Part shown: positions 26,802-34,707 of the stretch, piece by piece | How positions within the stretch are numbered: the first letter of the stretch is position 1 | How the letters are laid out: each line of letters begins with the position of its first letter | IMG/VR virus record: IMGVR_UViG_3300048564_000016 | Span: 1 to 42,696 of that record | Length of the DNA stretch: 42,696 nucleotides | Origin: a virus | Lineage: Duplodnaviria > Caudoviricetes | Reading direction: 5' to 3' (one strand) | The notes under the pieces: generated by a model | Database searches by the model: none | What the model saw: only the letters and a program-made list of their open reading frames with translations | What the model was told of the DNA's origin: nothing | Program-made: the position numbers and the translations under genes

Positions 26802-27025
26802 CAGCCGGCCTTTCGCGGACGGCCCGGCCGGCGCCGCTCGCCGTAGACCTCACCCGTCACAGTCGGCAGGCGCGGCCCCTCGGGCGGCCCCATCGGGCCG
26901 TCCACGGCGCCGGGAACCTTGTCCGGCGAATCGTAGTGAGCCGGCGGGAACTGATCGACGCCGTCGAACCACCGCCAGCCGATGCGGCCGTGTTCGGTCC
27001 GGTAGTAGCCTCTCAGCATGGCCAT
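26801..27025 (-). CDS. Small protein with C-terminal AT-hook-like motif
   Basis: TGATG coupling; ends RRRPGRPRKAG. Confidence 0.6.
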   Translation of the reverse strand: MAMLRGYYRTEHGRIGWRWFDGVDQFPPAHYDSPDKVPGAVDGPMGPPEGPRLPTVTGEVYGERRRPGRPRKAG

Positions 27026-27702
27026 CAGGCCGCCTCCGCCAGTTTGGCTTTGATGTCGGCCAGGAGCGACGGCCCCCAGTTGCCTTGGAATACGCGGCCG
27101 TCCTTGTCGACATGGCGCATCGGCATGTTGGCGACGCCCCACAGTTTCCCGCCGGCCTCGTGCCAGAGCCGACAGAACTCGACATCCTCGCCCCAATACT
27201 TCCTGCCCCGGATGTCGGTCTTGAAGTAGGCGCGCATCATCGGGCCGCCGGCCACGCTGTATTCTTCGACGCGGTCTTTCAGCGTCTCGAACACCTCACG
27301 GCGGATACGCATCAGGCCCGTTGGGATGACAAGGCACTGAATCAGCCCCTCGGAATGAACCTCCGGGTTGGGCGCCAGATCGACCGGCCAAAGGATCGGA
27401 TCGCACTTCTTGGGATAGATGCCCGCCACGATCTCGGGCGAGAAGTCACGCAGCCGCGTCAGCGCGTCGCGCGGGAACCCGACATCGTCATCGACGAACA
27501 CCATGTCGTCGGCCTTGCTGGCGAGGAACTTCTGCACCAGCATGTTGCGCGTGTTGTCGATGTAGCAGTTTCCCGCGATGGCCACGAAATCGTAGTCGTA
27601 CTTGCTGCCCAAGCCTTCGAGCGCGGCCTTCAGCGACCGCTGCGTCTCCGGCATCGCAGTCCCGGAGTAGGTCGCCATCGCGATAAAGAGACGGCGCCTC
27701 AT
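27025..27702 (-). CDS. GT-A fold glycosyltransferase (GT2-like), copy 2
   Basis: LFIAMATY, IDNTRNMLV, FVDDD (DxD), PTGLMRIRREVFE, GEDVEFC. Confidence 0.8.
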   Translation of the reverse strand: MRRRLFIAMATYSGTAMPETQRSLKAALEGLGSKYDYDFVAIAGNCYIDNTRNMLVQKFLASKADDMVFVDDDVGFPRDALTRLRDFSPEIVAGIYPKKCDPILWPVDLAPNPEVHSEGLIQCLVIPTGLMRIRREVFETLKDRVEEYSVAGGPMMRAYFKTDIRGRKYWGEDVEFCRLWHEAGGKLWGVANMPMRHVDKDGRVFQGNWGPSLLADIKAKLAEAA

Positions 27703-28433
27703 GCGGCCCCCTTGTGGTCGCTCATCTGCACCACGCGGTTCGGATCGTTCGCCCCGCCCGGCTGTTCCGAAAGCCACTGATGGAAGTTGCCGGGATACGG
27801 CGTATCGCCGTCCCAATGCGTCAACTCCATGTCGGGAACGACCCAAAGCTGCTTGCCCATGTCGTTCCACCGCTGCGAGAACGAATAGTCCTCGCCGAAC
27901 CACGTCCCGCCACGCGCACCGTGGTTGAACAGATCGACATGCGGCCCCCACAGCGGGCCGTAGGTCAGATCGGGATAGGCGCGCATGAAGGCGTCCACTG
28001 CCTCGTGCGTGACCTTGAGGAAGCCGGCAGGAACCCACTGAGCCCGCACCGCCCCGTCCTCGCGCACGATCGGGCGGCCGTCATGACTCGGATAGAGTTT
28101 GCCCATGTACGGGCATTCGCCGCCGGTCTGTTCCGGCGGAATCTTGAAGCGGTACGTTCCCGCGACAACCCAACCGGGCGTCTTGATCAGCTTCACGAGG
28201 TCTTCCGGCGACCAGCTCAGATCGTGATCGATGAAGATCACCATTGAGCACTTGTCGTCAAGTGCTCGCCTCAGCATCTTCGATCGCGCGTGCGAGATAT
28301 ACGGCGAGCCGATCTCGAACGTGGTGCGGTGTTCCCAACCCTCCGCGTCGAGCGCCGGGACGCTGGCCTCCAGCGCCTCCAGATACTTCGGATGCGGCCT
28401 GGTGATGGTCGGGGTGGCAATGACGATCTTCAC
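27699..28433 (-). CDS. GT-A fold glycosyltransferase (GT2-like), copy 1
   Basis: IVIATPT, ISHARSKML, FIDHD (DxD), PAGFLKV, GEDYSFSQRW. Confidence 0.8.
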   Translation of the reverse strand: MKIVIATPTITRPHPKYLEALEASVPALDAEGWEHRTTFEIGSPYISHARSKMLRRALDDKCSMVIFIDHDLSWSPEDLVKLIKTPGWVVAGTYRFKIPPEQTGGECPYMGKLYPSHDGRPIVREDGAVRAQWVPAGFLKVTHEAVDAFMRAYPDLTYGPLWGPHVDLFNHGARGGTWFGEDYSFSQRWNDMGKQLWVVPDMELTHWDGDTPYPGNFHQWLSEQPGGANDPNRVVQMSDHKGAA

Positions 28434-28969
28434 TTTGATCCGGCCCCGATGAGATTGTGTCCTGACGCGCGGTTGACGACGTGCCGGACGAAACCAGCCG
28501 CCACGAACGCGCGCTCAAGAGTGGATTTGATGTACCCGCAGCGATGCTGCATCCACGGGCTGCTTCTGACGTTGTGCCCGTAAATCATGTCGAGCCCCGT
28601 GATCGGACCGGCCGGCGATTCGTAGACCGGAACATCGGTCGGCTCGATGCCCTCCAAATCCGGGACGATGACCAGCGCAAAGCCACCCGGCTTGAGGATG
28701 CGGTGAAACTCCCGCAATGCCTGTGCCGCGTCATGCGTGTTCAAATGTTCGAGCGCGTGCGACGTGTAGACCGCGTCGAACTCGCCGTCTCCGATCAGGT
28801 CGAGATTCGCCATGCTGCCCACCATGTCGGGGTAGCACTCCGGGTCGATGTCGAGCCGCGTCTCTGCCCAATCCGGGAAGATGTCCCGGTCGATCTCGCG
28901 CCGGCCGCAGCCGGCATGCAGGACGCGGCGCGGCTCCACCTTGACGGCAAGAGCCGCGCCGCTCTGCAT
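28430..28969 (-). CDS. Class I SAM-dependent methyltransferase (Methyltransf_11-like)
   Basis: VLHAGCG, RLDID, FDAVYTSHALEHL, EFHRILKPGG...VPD; ATG 28969 overlaps the upstream TGA. Confidence 0.88.
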   Translation of the reverse strand: MQSGAALAVKVEPRRVLHAGCGRREIDRDIFPDWAETRLDIDPECYPDMVGSMANLDLIGDGEFDAVYTSHALEHLNTHDAAQALREFHRILKPGGFALVIVPDLEGIEPTDVPVYESPAGPITGLDMIYGHNVRSSPWMQHRCGYIKSTLERAFVAAGFVRHVVNRASGHNLIGAGSK

Positions 28970-29229
28970 CAGGCCGACCCCTTCCAGAGCGAGACGGCCG
29001 TGAGCGTGTTCATGATCTCGATCACCGCCGCCTTGAAATCGGACGTAACGTCCGCGCTCGAAGCCGTGCCGACCGTGGACGTGGCCTGCGCCGCGGCGGC
29101 GCGCTGCGAAACGGCCGTGGCAAGACCGTAGAACCCAAGCTTGTCGCTTGTCGCGATGCCGAGGATCGTGCCGTCCGGGTTGCCGTCGGCAAGTTGCTTC
29201 TGCTGCGTGGCGCTGTACGAAGTGCCCAT
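28969..29229 (-). CDS. Small Ser/Thr/Ala-rich capsid-associated (decoration-like) protein
   Basis: AAGGAGG RBS directly after the capsid gene; DKLGFYG motif, C-terminal helix. Confidence 0.65.
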   Translation of the reverse strand: MGTSYSATQQKQLADGNPDGTILGIATSDKLGFYGLATAVSQRAAAAQATSTVGTASSADVTSDFKAAVIEIMNTLTAVSLWKGSA

Positions 29230-29241
29230 GTGATTTCCTCC

Positions 29242-30426
29242 TTACGCGGCGTTCTGAAAGCGCACGGCCCACTCGGGACGAATGCACTTGTAGCCGTAAA
29301 GCATGTCGATACGAGTGGCCATCACGTCGTTGGTGATCTGGTAGTCGCTGATCACCCGCATGGACAGGTTGTCCAGGCGCTTGCGCGCGGCCATGTGCGT
29401 CCCGCCCGGCAGCGGAAGGTCGGCCGTGACGAACGTGAAGGCGTCCTTGTGGTACAGCATCGACAGCCCATGCTGGACCGACGCCGTGCCGATCTTCGTC
29501 ACCGCGCCGGTATCGGTCGGCGATGCAGAGCAGTTCTGCGTCGGGCCGGTGATGACGATCGACGGGCTGATCGCAATCGACGTGCCCGAAGACGTAACGG
29601 CCGTGGTCACGACGAACTGCTGCAATTCGCCGGTATCGACCTTCGTTTCGGGATGCACGCGATTGCACCCGGCGAAGGTGATGATGTCGCCGACAACCAG
29701 CGTCTTGGACGTGGTGTTGGTGACCGTGACCGACGCGCCGGTCTGGTTGGCGCCGTTCACGTCCATCTCGTTCGTGGACGAGCCCGTGGTGTGTGTCGGC
29801 CAGAGCGAGTTGGCGTAGAAGTCGAACCCGAAGGCGTGGCCCATCGCGCCGTCGAGATACTGCTTCTCGATCTGCTTCTGGGCATGGAACAGCGCCTGGA
29901 GCGAGCCAACCAGCTTGACCTGGTCCTTGTTGTTGAGGTTCGCGATCAGCTCGTTTCCGGGCACGAGGTTCTGGCGAAGAATACGCAGGCCGTCGAGCGC
30001 CTTGTCGGCGGTCGCGGTCGTGGTCGTGTTGTCCACGGCATTGAACACGTCGCGATACATCAGCATCGCGTCGTATTCGATGTTCGCAGCCAGGACCGAC
30101 ATCGCCGGTTCGATGTAGCGCTCGCGGAACTTGTCCAGCGAGAGGGCGAGTTCGGTCATGGAAAAGTCCATGTCCACGCCCTTCTGCGTCGCCAGAGTGA
30201 GCGTCTGGCTGTCCTCCGTGATGCCCTGCACGTCCATCACGCGGCCGGTGCGGACCGAAAAACGGTTGGGCATGCGGATTCGCAGCGTCGATCCGATCTT
30301 GGAGCCAGGCTTGGCAAACTGGTCGTCGTACTGCGTGTTGATCGTGCCGATGAAGTTGAGCTTCTGATGAAGCACGGTGAGGGCTTCACTCGTGATCATG
30401 TCGATGGTGAGCTGGGTATTGCTCAT
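29242..30426 (-). CDS. Major capsid protein (P22 gp5-like)
   Basis: MSNTQLTIDMITSEAL...KIGSTLRIRMP...RYIEPAMSVLA...RIDMLYGYKCIRPEWAVR. Confidence 0.92.
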   Translation of the reverse strand: MSNTQLTIDMITSEALTVLHQKLNFIGTINTQYDDQFAKPGSKIGSTLRIRMPNRFSVRTGRVMDVQGITEDSQTLTLATQKGVDMDFSMTELALSLDKFRERYIEPAMSVLAANIEYDAMLMYRDVFNAVDNTTTTATADKALDGLRILRQNLVPGNELIANLNNKDQVKLVGSLQALFHAQKQIEKQYLDGAMGHAFGFDFYANSLWPTHTTGSSTNEMDVNGANQTGASVTVTNTTSKTLVVGDIITFAGCNRVHPETKVDTGELQQFVVTTAVTSSGTSIAISPSIVITGPTQNCSASPTDTGAVTKIGTASVQHGLSMLYHKDAFTFVTADLPLPGGTHMAARKRLDNLSMRVISDYQITNDVMATRIDMLYGYKCIRPEWAVRFQNAA

Positions 30427-30436
30427 CGCATTCGGT

Positions 30437-30470
30437 TCCTTCGAGGGACGGCGGGCGCCTCACGGCGCGC
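30437..30470 (-). promoter_or_regulatory. Late-gene leader RNA motif (capsid)
   Basis: GCGCC-GTGA-GGCGC hairpin, then CGTCCCTCGAAGGA. Confidence 0.55.
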
Positions 30471-30485
30471 GCGTCGGTTGCGGGT

Positions 30486-31370
30486 TTAGCGTCGCGCTCC
30501 GTTCACCTGCTTGTTGCGGGCTCGCGCATAGGCCGAGATGTCCTCGGACCGAGCGAGGCTCCGCAAGTCAGTGCCGGGCGTTCGCTGGCCGCCCACCTGG
30601 GGCGGGGCCGCGACGGGCGCCGGCTGTGACGGGGTTTGACGCTGTTGATTGGCCTGGAGTTGGCGCCAGTTGTAGGCATCCATCAGGACACGCACCGCGC
30701 GGGGGTCGCTCACGCCGGACCATTCCTCCGGGGTGAAGCCATACGTGGTCGCGTGCGACTTGAGTTTGCCGTCCAGTTCCTGGGACCATCCGGGAATCGC
30801 CGCAATTGCCTTCCGGCCCTCTTCGACCCGCTTGGCGCTTTCGCGCTGCGATTCGACTTGCCATTTCTGCTCTTGGGCGTTTAGTTCGCCGACCAACGCA
30901 TCGCGCTGGTCGCGTAGTTTCTGATAGTGAATCCACGCGGTCGAGGCTTCCCCCGGCCGATCCACCGAGAACCGCTGCCATGCGTCTGCGTCGAGCTTTT
31001 CGTAGGGTTCGATCTGCTCATTCAGTGCATACAGCCGGCCGACCTCCTTGGCGTGCCGCTGAAAGGTCTGAGCTTGCTCCGCCAGAGTCGCCTTTTCGGC
31101 CTCGATGGCCTTGGCGCGCTCGGCAGCTTCCTGCGTTTTGCGGGTGTAGTCCGCTTGGCGCAGATACCCGTCTTTCAGGGCCTTGGAGACCTTGCCCCTC
31201 TTGCCGTCAACCTCGATTTCTTCAAGCTCATCCTCGGCGGCTTGGCCCTCGATTTCCGGGGGCTGCTCGTCGGACCGCTCGATAACTTCGGTGTCAGGCT
31301 GGGCGGCGAGTTCCGGCGCTGGCGTGGCGGTGTCCACGGGCGCCGGATTGTTCGCGATGTCGTCGGCCAT
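30486..31370 (-). CDS. Capsid scaffolding protein
   Basis: Acidic N-terminus, GYLRQADYTRKTQE, coiled coil; directly upstream of the capsid gene. Confidence 0.85.
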   Translation of the reverse strand: MADDIANNPAPVDTATPAPELAAQPDTEVIERSDEQPPEIEGQAAEDELEEIEVDGKRGKVSKALKDGYLRQADYTRKTQEAAERAKAIEAEKATLAEQAQTFQRHAKEVGRLYALNEQIEPYEKLDADAWQRFSVDRPGEASTAWIHYQKLRDQRDALVGELNAQEQKWQVESQRESAKRVEEGRKAIAAIPGWSQELDGKLKSHATTYGFTPEEWSGVSDPRAVRVLMDAYNWRQLQANQQRQTPSQPAPVAAPPQVGGQRTPGTDLRSLARSEDISAYARARNKQVNGARR

Positions 31371-31377
31371 TCAGTCA

Positions 31378-31414
31378 TCCCTCTAGGGGAAAGCCCGCGT
31401 CGTCACGACGGGGG
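31378..31414 (-). promoter_or_regulatory. Late-gene leader RNA motif (scaffold)
   Basis: CGTCGTGACGACGCGGGCTTTCCCCTAGAGGGA. Confidence 0.55.
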
Positions 31415-31422
31415 TACTTTCT

Positions 31423-31452
31423 CGTTAAGTGAGGATTTTAGCGTGTCAAGCG
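31423..31452 (-). promoter_or_regulatory. Late promoter 2
   Basis: CGCTTGACA-N12-CACTTAACG; shared with 38638-38667. Confidence 0.6.
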
Positions 31453-31462
31453 ATTTCCGACC

Positions 31463-31969
31463 TCACGACAACAGAAACCACTCGTCGTCATCCCGGAGCA
31501 GCCGCAAGCGGCGCTCCAGTCCGATCTGGATCGACCGTTCGACCTCAAGCGCGCGGAGTTGTTCGCGCAATTTGACCCGGCCCCGGCGCGACCGCTGGAT
31601 TTGCTCGCCGAGTGCCGCAATCCTGGCGTCCAGTGCCGCGATATCGACCCGATCTGGCACGGAAACCGGGACAGTTGGCGGCGGCTCGTCCTCATCGTCG
31701 CGGCGTCGGCGGCGGCGGGAATATGGATCGTAGACCCACCCGCCGGATGGCGCCGTAGGCGTGGGAGTCGGCGTCGGGGTGACGCCGGACTCTTCCTTGC
31801 CCGCAAAGGTGCCGTACCGACCGCCAGGGCCGGCATAAGGGCGAAGCTGCGTGATCGTGCCCGGATTGTGCGGGCCGGGCGGAACGCCGCTGTCAGCCTC
31901 TTTGCCGGCGAAAGAGCCGTAACGCTGGCCGGGGCCGGCGTGCGGAGTAAGTTGAGTGAGCGCAACCAC
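31463..31969 (-). CDS. Repeat-containing hypothetical virion-associated protein
   Basis: Two 20-aa repeats, a (PT)n linker, a coiled coil and DDDEWFLLS at the end. Confidence 0.65.
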   Translation of the reverse strand: MVALTQLTPHAGPGQRYGSFAGKEADSGVPPGPHNPGTITQLRPYAGPGGRYGTFAGKEESGVTPTPTPTPTAPSGGWVYDPYSRRRRRRDDEDEPPPTVPVSVPDRVDIAALDARIAALGEQIQRSRRGRVKLREQLRALEVERSIQIGLERRLRLLRDDDEWFLLS

Positions 31970-31970
31970 A

Positions 31971-33020
31971 TCAGACGATGATGAAGGTGTCGCCCGACGC
32001 CGGAGCCGTCGTGAGCGCCGTTACAGTGAAGGTCTGCGTGGCGTGGACGAAATCCGTGATGTCCGTGGCCTGATTCCGCAGCGCCGCCGTCGTCGTGTCG
32101 CTGTTGAAAATCATGATGCGGCCGTTGAACTGGTCATTCACCGCAGACGCGGGCGACAGCGCCGACGCCACAATCGAGGTCGTGCTTCCGCCCGTGTCGC
32201 AGGTACCGGTGCAGATCGCTTCGGTGGACAGTTCGAGCGTATCCGCCGCCGCCGTGCTGCCGCTGATCGCGAGCGCATCGGACTTCATGTTGCCGCCGGC
32301 CGTGAGCGCGGCCGGCAGGCGGGCCTGAATGTCCGCAATCTCGGTGTCGATGAAGTTGTCGATCGCGTCGATCTTGCCGTCCAGCGTCGTGCCGGTGTCG
32401 ACGAGGATCGCCGCCGTATCGACTTTCACGGCCGCGATATCCGCGCTGACCGAAGCGCCGGCCGGCGTGCCGAGCTTCGGCTGCATGTCCGCCGTGTCGG
32501 TCAGGATCGCGTCAACGTTGGTCGCTAGCGCCGCGACGTTCGTGGTCGCTCCAGCAACGTGCGTCAGATCGACCTCGGGCACGCCGGCAACTGATGGCGT
32601 CGCGGCAGCCGTGCCGAGCCATGCGTCCACGTCCACTTTCGGCTTGCCCGCGATGGCTTCGGCCGCCACGATGCGGAACGTCGCCGCGATGAAGTTGACC
32701 GTCTGGCTGTCGATCGTCACCGACGACACGACAACCCAATAGAACGAGCCGACCGCGTAGAAGCTGGCGTCCGTGTTGTCGCTCAGATCAATCGAAAACC
32801 CATGGATACCGGTTAAGCCGTCGAAGTCGATGCCGTCCGTGTCCAGGAGCGTGTAACCCGCGTCGCTCGCGCGCTGCGTCACCGAGCCGTTCTTGTAGAT
32901 TTCGATATCGGTCACGGCGAGCCCGGTCAGCGTGATCGACTCGCCGTTCGTCTTGCCGTAAGACGCGAAAGGGATATAGAGCGTGCTGTTGGCGGGCACG
33001 TTCCCGAGATGCAGCGTCAT
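31971..33020 (-). CDS. Thr/Asp-rich putative head-fibre protein
   Basis: 349 aa with ILTDT/ILVDT/FIDT heptad-like repeats and terminal beta domains. Confidence 0.65.
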   Translation of the reverse strand: MTLHLGNVPANSTLYIPFASYGKTNGESITLTGLAVTDIEIYKNGSVTQRASDAGYTLLDTDGIDFDGLTGIHGFSIDLSDNTDASFYAVGSFYWVVVSSVTIDSQTVNFIAATFRIVAAEAIAGKPKVDVDAWLGTAAATPSVAGVPEVDLTHVAGATTNVAALATNVDAILTDTADMQPKLGTPAGASVSADIAAVKVDTAAILVDTGTTLDGKIDAIDNFIDTEIADIQARLPAALTAGGNMKSDALAISGSTAAADTLELSTEAICTGTCDTGGSTTSIVASALSPASAVNDQFNGRIMIFNSDTTTAALRNQATDITDFVHATQTFTVTALTTAPASGDTFIIV

Positions 33021-33784
33021 GCCGCGAGCCTTCCACGCACGAGGTTAGGACGGATGAGGTTGCCGCCGATGAGTTTTGGCGTCGCGGCTGCCCCACCGGA
33101 TGATGTGAACGCGCCTGGCCACCAGTTCGCGCCGTCGAACGGTCGCGCAACGGGTGGGTGATCCTTCAGTGACGTTCCAGTCAGCGCACCGCTGTTGCCG
33201 TTGCCGCTCCAATCAGGCTCCGGCGACGCCGCCCCAAAGATTGGCAGATAGGCTCCGAGTTCGAGCCCCAATGCGAACGGCCCCTTGCGATATACGGTCT
33301 GCACTTGATCGGCAGTCCACGCCGCGTCGTCGATCGCGACTTCCGCTATACCGCCGTCCCAATATCCGCCTCCGACCTCGGACCCAAGAATGACGTTGTT
33401 CGTCAAGACCCGGCTGCCCGCGCCGAGCGAGGCTGAAGCGCCGGCAGAATCGACGCCATCGATGTATATCTTCGATGCGTCGTTGCCCGATGCGATCCCG
33501 ACGATGTGGTGCCACGCGCCCGTCGTCGGCGTTGCGGCTTCCACGTACTTGAGATTGGTCCCGTCCCACCAGATGAACCACAGACGCGCTGTGTTCGGAC
33601 CGACCACGTATTGCTGGCGAAGGATGTAATTGCCGTTCTTGCGGACGATCTCGCGATTTCCCGTGCCGCCGATGTTCGTGTCGGCCCACGCCCACACGGA
33701 AACGGTCAGCGCCGAGGTCGAGTCAAGCGACGCGGCATCCGTCACCGTGATGTAGTCGCTCGACCCGTTGAAATCGCGCGCCAT
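33017..33784 (-). CDS. LamG / concanavalin A-like lectin domain protein
   Basis: FNGSSDYI...LTVSVW...WHHIVG...IYIDGV...WDGGIAEVAI. Confidence 0.85.
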   Translation of the reverse strand: MARDFNGSSDYITVTDAASLDSTSALTVSVWAWADTNIGGTGNREIVRKNGNYILRQQYVVGPNTARLWFIWWDGTNLKYVEAATPTTGAWHHIVGIASGNDASKIYIDGVDSAGASASLGAGSRVLTNNVILGSEVGGGYWDGGIAEVAIDDAAWTADQVQTVYRKGPFALGLELGAYLPIFGAASPEPDWSGNGNSGALTGTSLKDHPPVARPFDGANWWPGAFTSSGGAAATPKLIGGNLIRPNLVRGRLAA

Positions 33785-33786
33785 CG

Positions 33787-34290
33787 TCAGGCGTCCGCGT
33801 ACTGAAAGATCAGATCGAACAGCACGGCCGTCGCCGCAATCGTGTCCGACGATGCGCCGTCGCGGCCGAACAGGAACTCGACGGTCTCGCCGGCTGCGAA
33901 GTTCGCCGCGGTTGCCGTCATGCTTGCCACCATCCGGCGCAACGCCGCGCCGGGTGCGGCGTCGGTGACGGTCAAGGCTTCCTCGGTGCCGGACTGGTCG
34001 AGACTGTTGGCGTCATCGCCCGCAACGGTGCGGTAATCCAAGTCCCAAATCGCGTTACCGCTCGTCGCCGTCGTGGTCCAGATCACCTTGAACACGCCAG
34101 AGCCGACGTAGTTCTGCGGAACCGTGAACTGCCCATAGACCAGATCGCGCGTCGATGTGTCCTTGAACGCGATGACGAGATGCTTCCACACGTCGTTGGT
34201 CGCGAGCGTGTCGAACATCGTCGCGTAGACGTTGCCAGACCCGCCGAGCGACAGCGAGCCGTTGAGGATGCTGATCTGATGCGTCGCCAT
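33787..34290 (-). CDS. Putative structural beta-sandwich protein
   Basis: GGAGG RBS; beta-rich sequence in the head accessory cluster. Confidence 0.65.
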   Translation of the reverse strand: MATHQISILNGSLSLGGSGNVYATMFDTLATNDVWKHLVIAFKDTSTRDLVYGQFTVPQNYVGSGVFKVIWTTTATSGNAIWDLDYRTVAGDDANSLDQSGTEEALTVTDAAPGAALRRMVASMTATAANFAAGETVEFLFGRDGASSDTIAATAVLFDLIFQYADA

Positions 34291-34291
34291 G

Positions 34292-34540
34292 TCAGCCTCC
34301 GACCTCGAACGTCACGCGCGCCCATTCGCGGAACAAGCGCTTCTTTTGCCCCGCCGTGAGCGACAGCGGCGATACTGCCGCATCGATGGCCTGCGACATC
34401 GCCGTCTGCACCGTCGCGCCGCGCATCGTGTCCTCGATCGCCTGAAACGCGGCGTTGGCCTGCGGCTTGGTCCACGGCACCGAGCCGTTCTGGGCGCCCT
34501 GTCGGCACTGTTGGAGTTGCGCTGCGGTGAGAACTGCCAT
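34292..34540 (-). CDS. Hypothetical protein
   Basis: 82 aa with GAAGG RBS; first gene of the accessory cluster. Confidence 0.6.
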   Translation of the reverse strand: MAVLTAAQLQQCRQGAQNGSVPWTKPQANAAFQAIEDTMRGATVQTAMSQAIDAAVSPLSLTAGQKKRLFREWARVTFEVGG

Positions 34541-34594
34541 TTTTCAACCTTCTTTTCGCGTGCGCTGGACGGCGCGTTTTGCTACCATCCGCGC

Positions 34595-34705
34595 ATGGAA
34601 TGGATCGTGGCCGCTGTCGTCGCCATCGCCCTCGCCGCCTTCGCGACGCGTCACATGTGGATCGACAGCACCGGCGAAGACCATCACGACTCCCGCGAGT
34701 TCTAG
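34595..34705 (+). CDS. 36-aa single-TM peptide, antisense moron
   Basis: MEWIVAAVVAIALAAFATRHMWIDSTGEDHHDSREF; extended -10 TGC-TACCAT 6 nt upstream. Confidence 0.55.
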   Translation: MEWIVAAVVAIALAAFATRHMWIDSTGEDHHDSREF

Positions 34706-34707
34706 GC

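Noticed and set aside
27025-28969. O-antigen conversion (gtrABC-like) or DNA glucosylation role for the GT cassette
   Set aside because: No flippase or membrane GT, no TM segments, no base-hydroxylating enzyme, and the cassette is embedded in the late operon. Disfavoured but not excluded.
28970-29668. Long N-terminal extension of the methyltransferase ORF (412 aa in the track)
   Set aside because: It overlaps the capsid and 86-aa genes out of frame; the real start is the coupled ATG at 28969.
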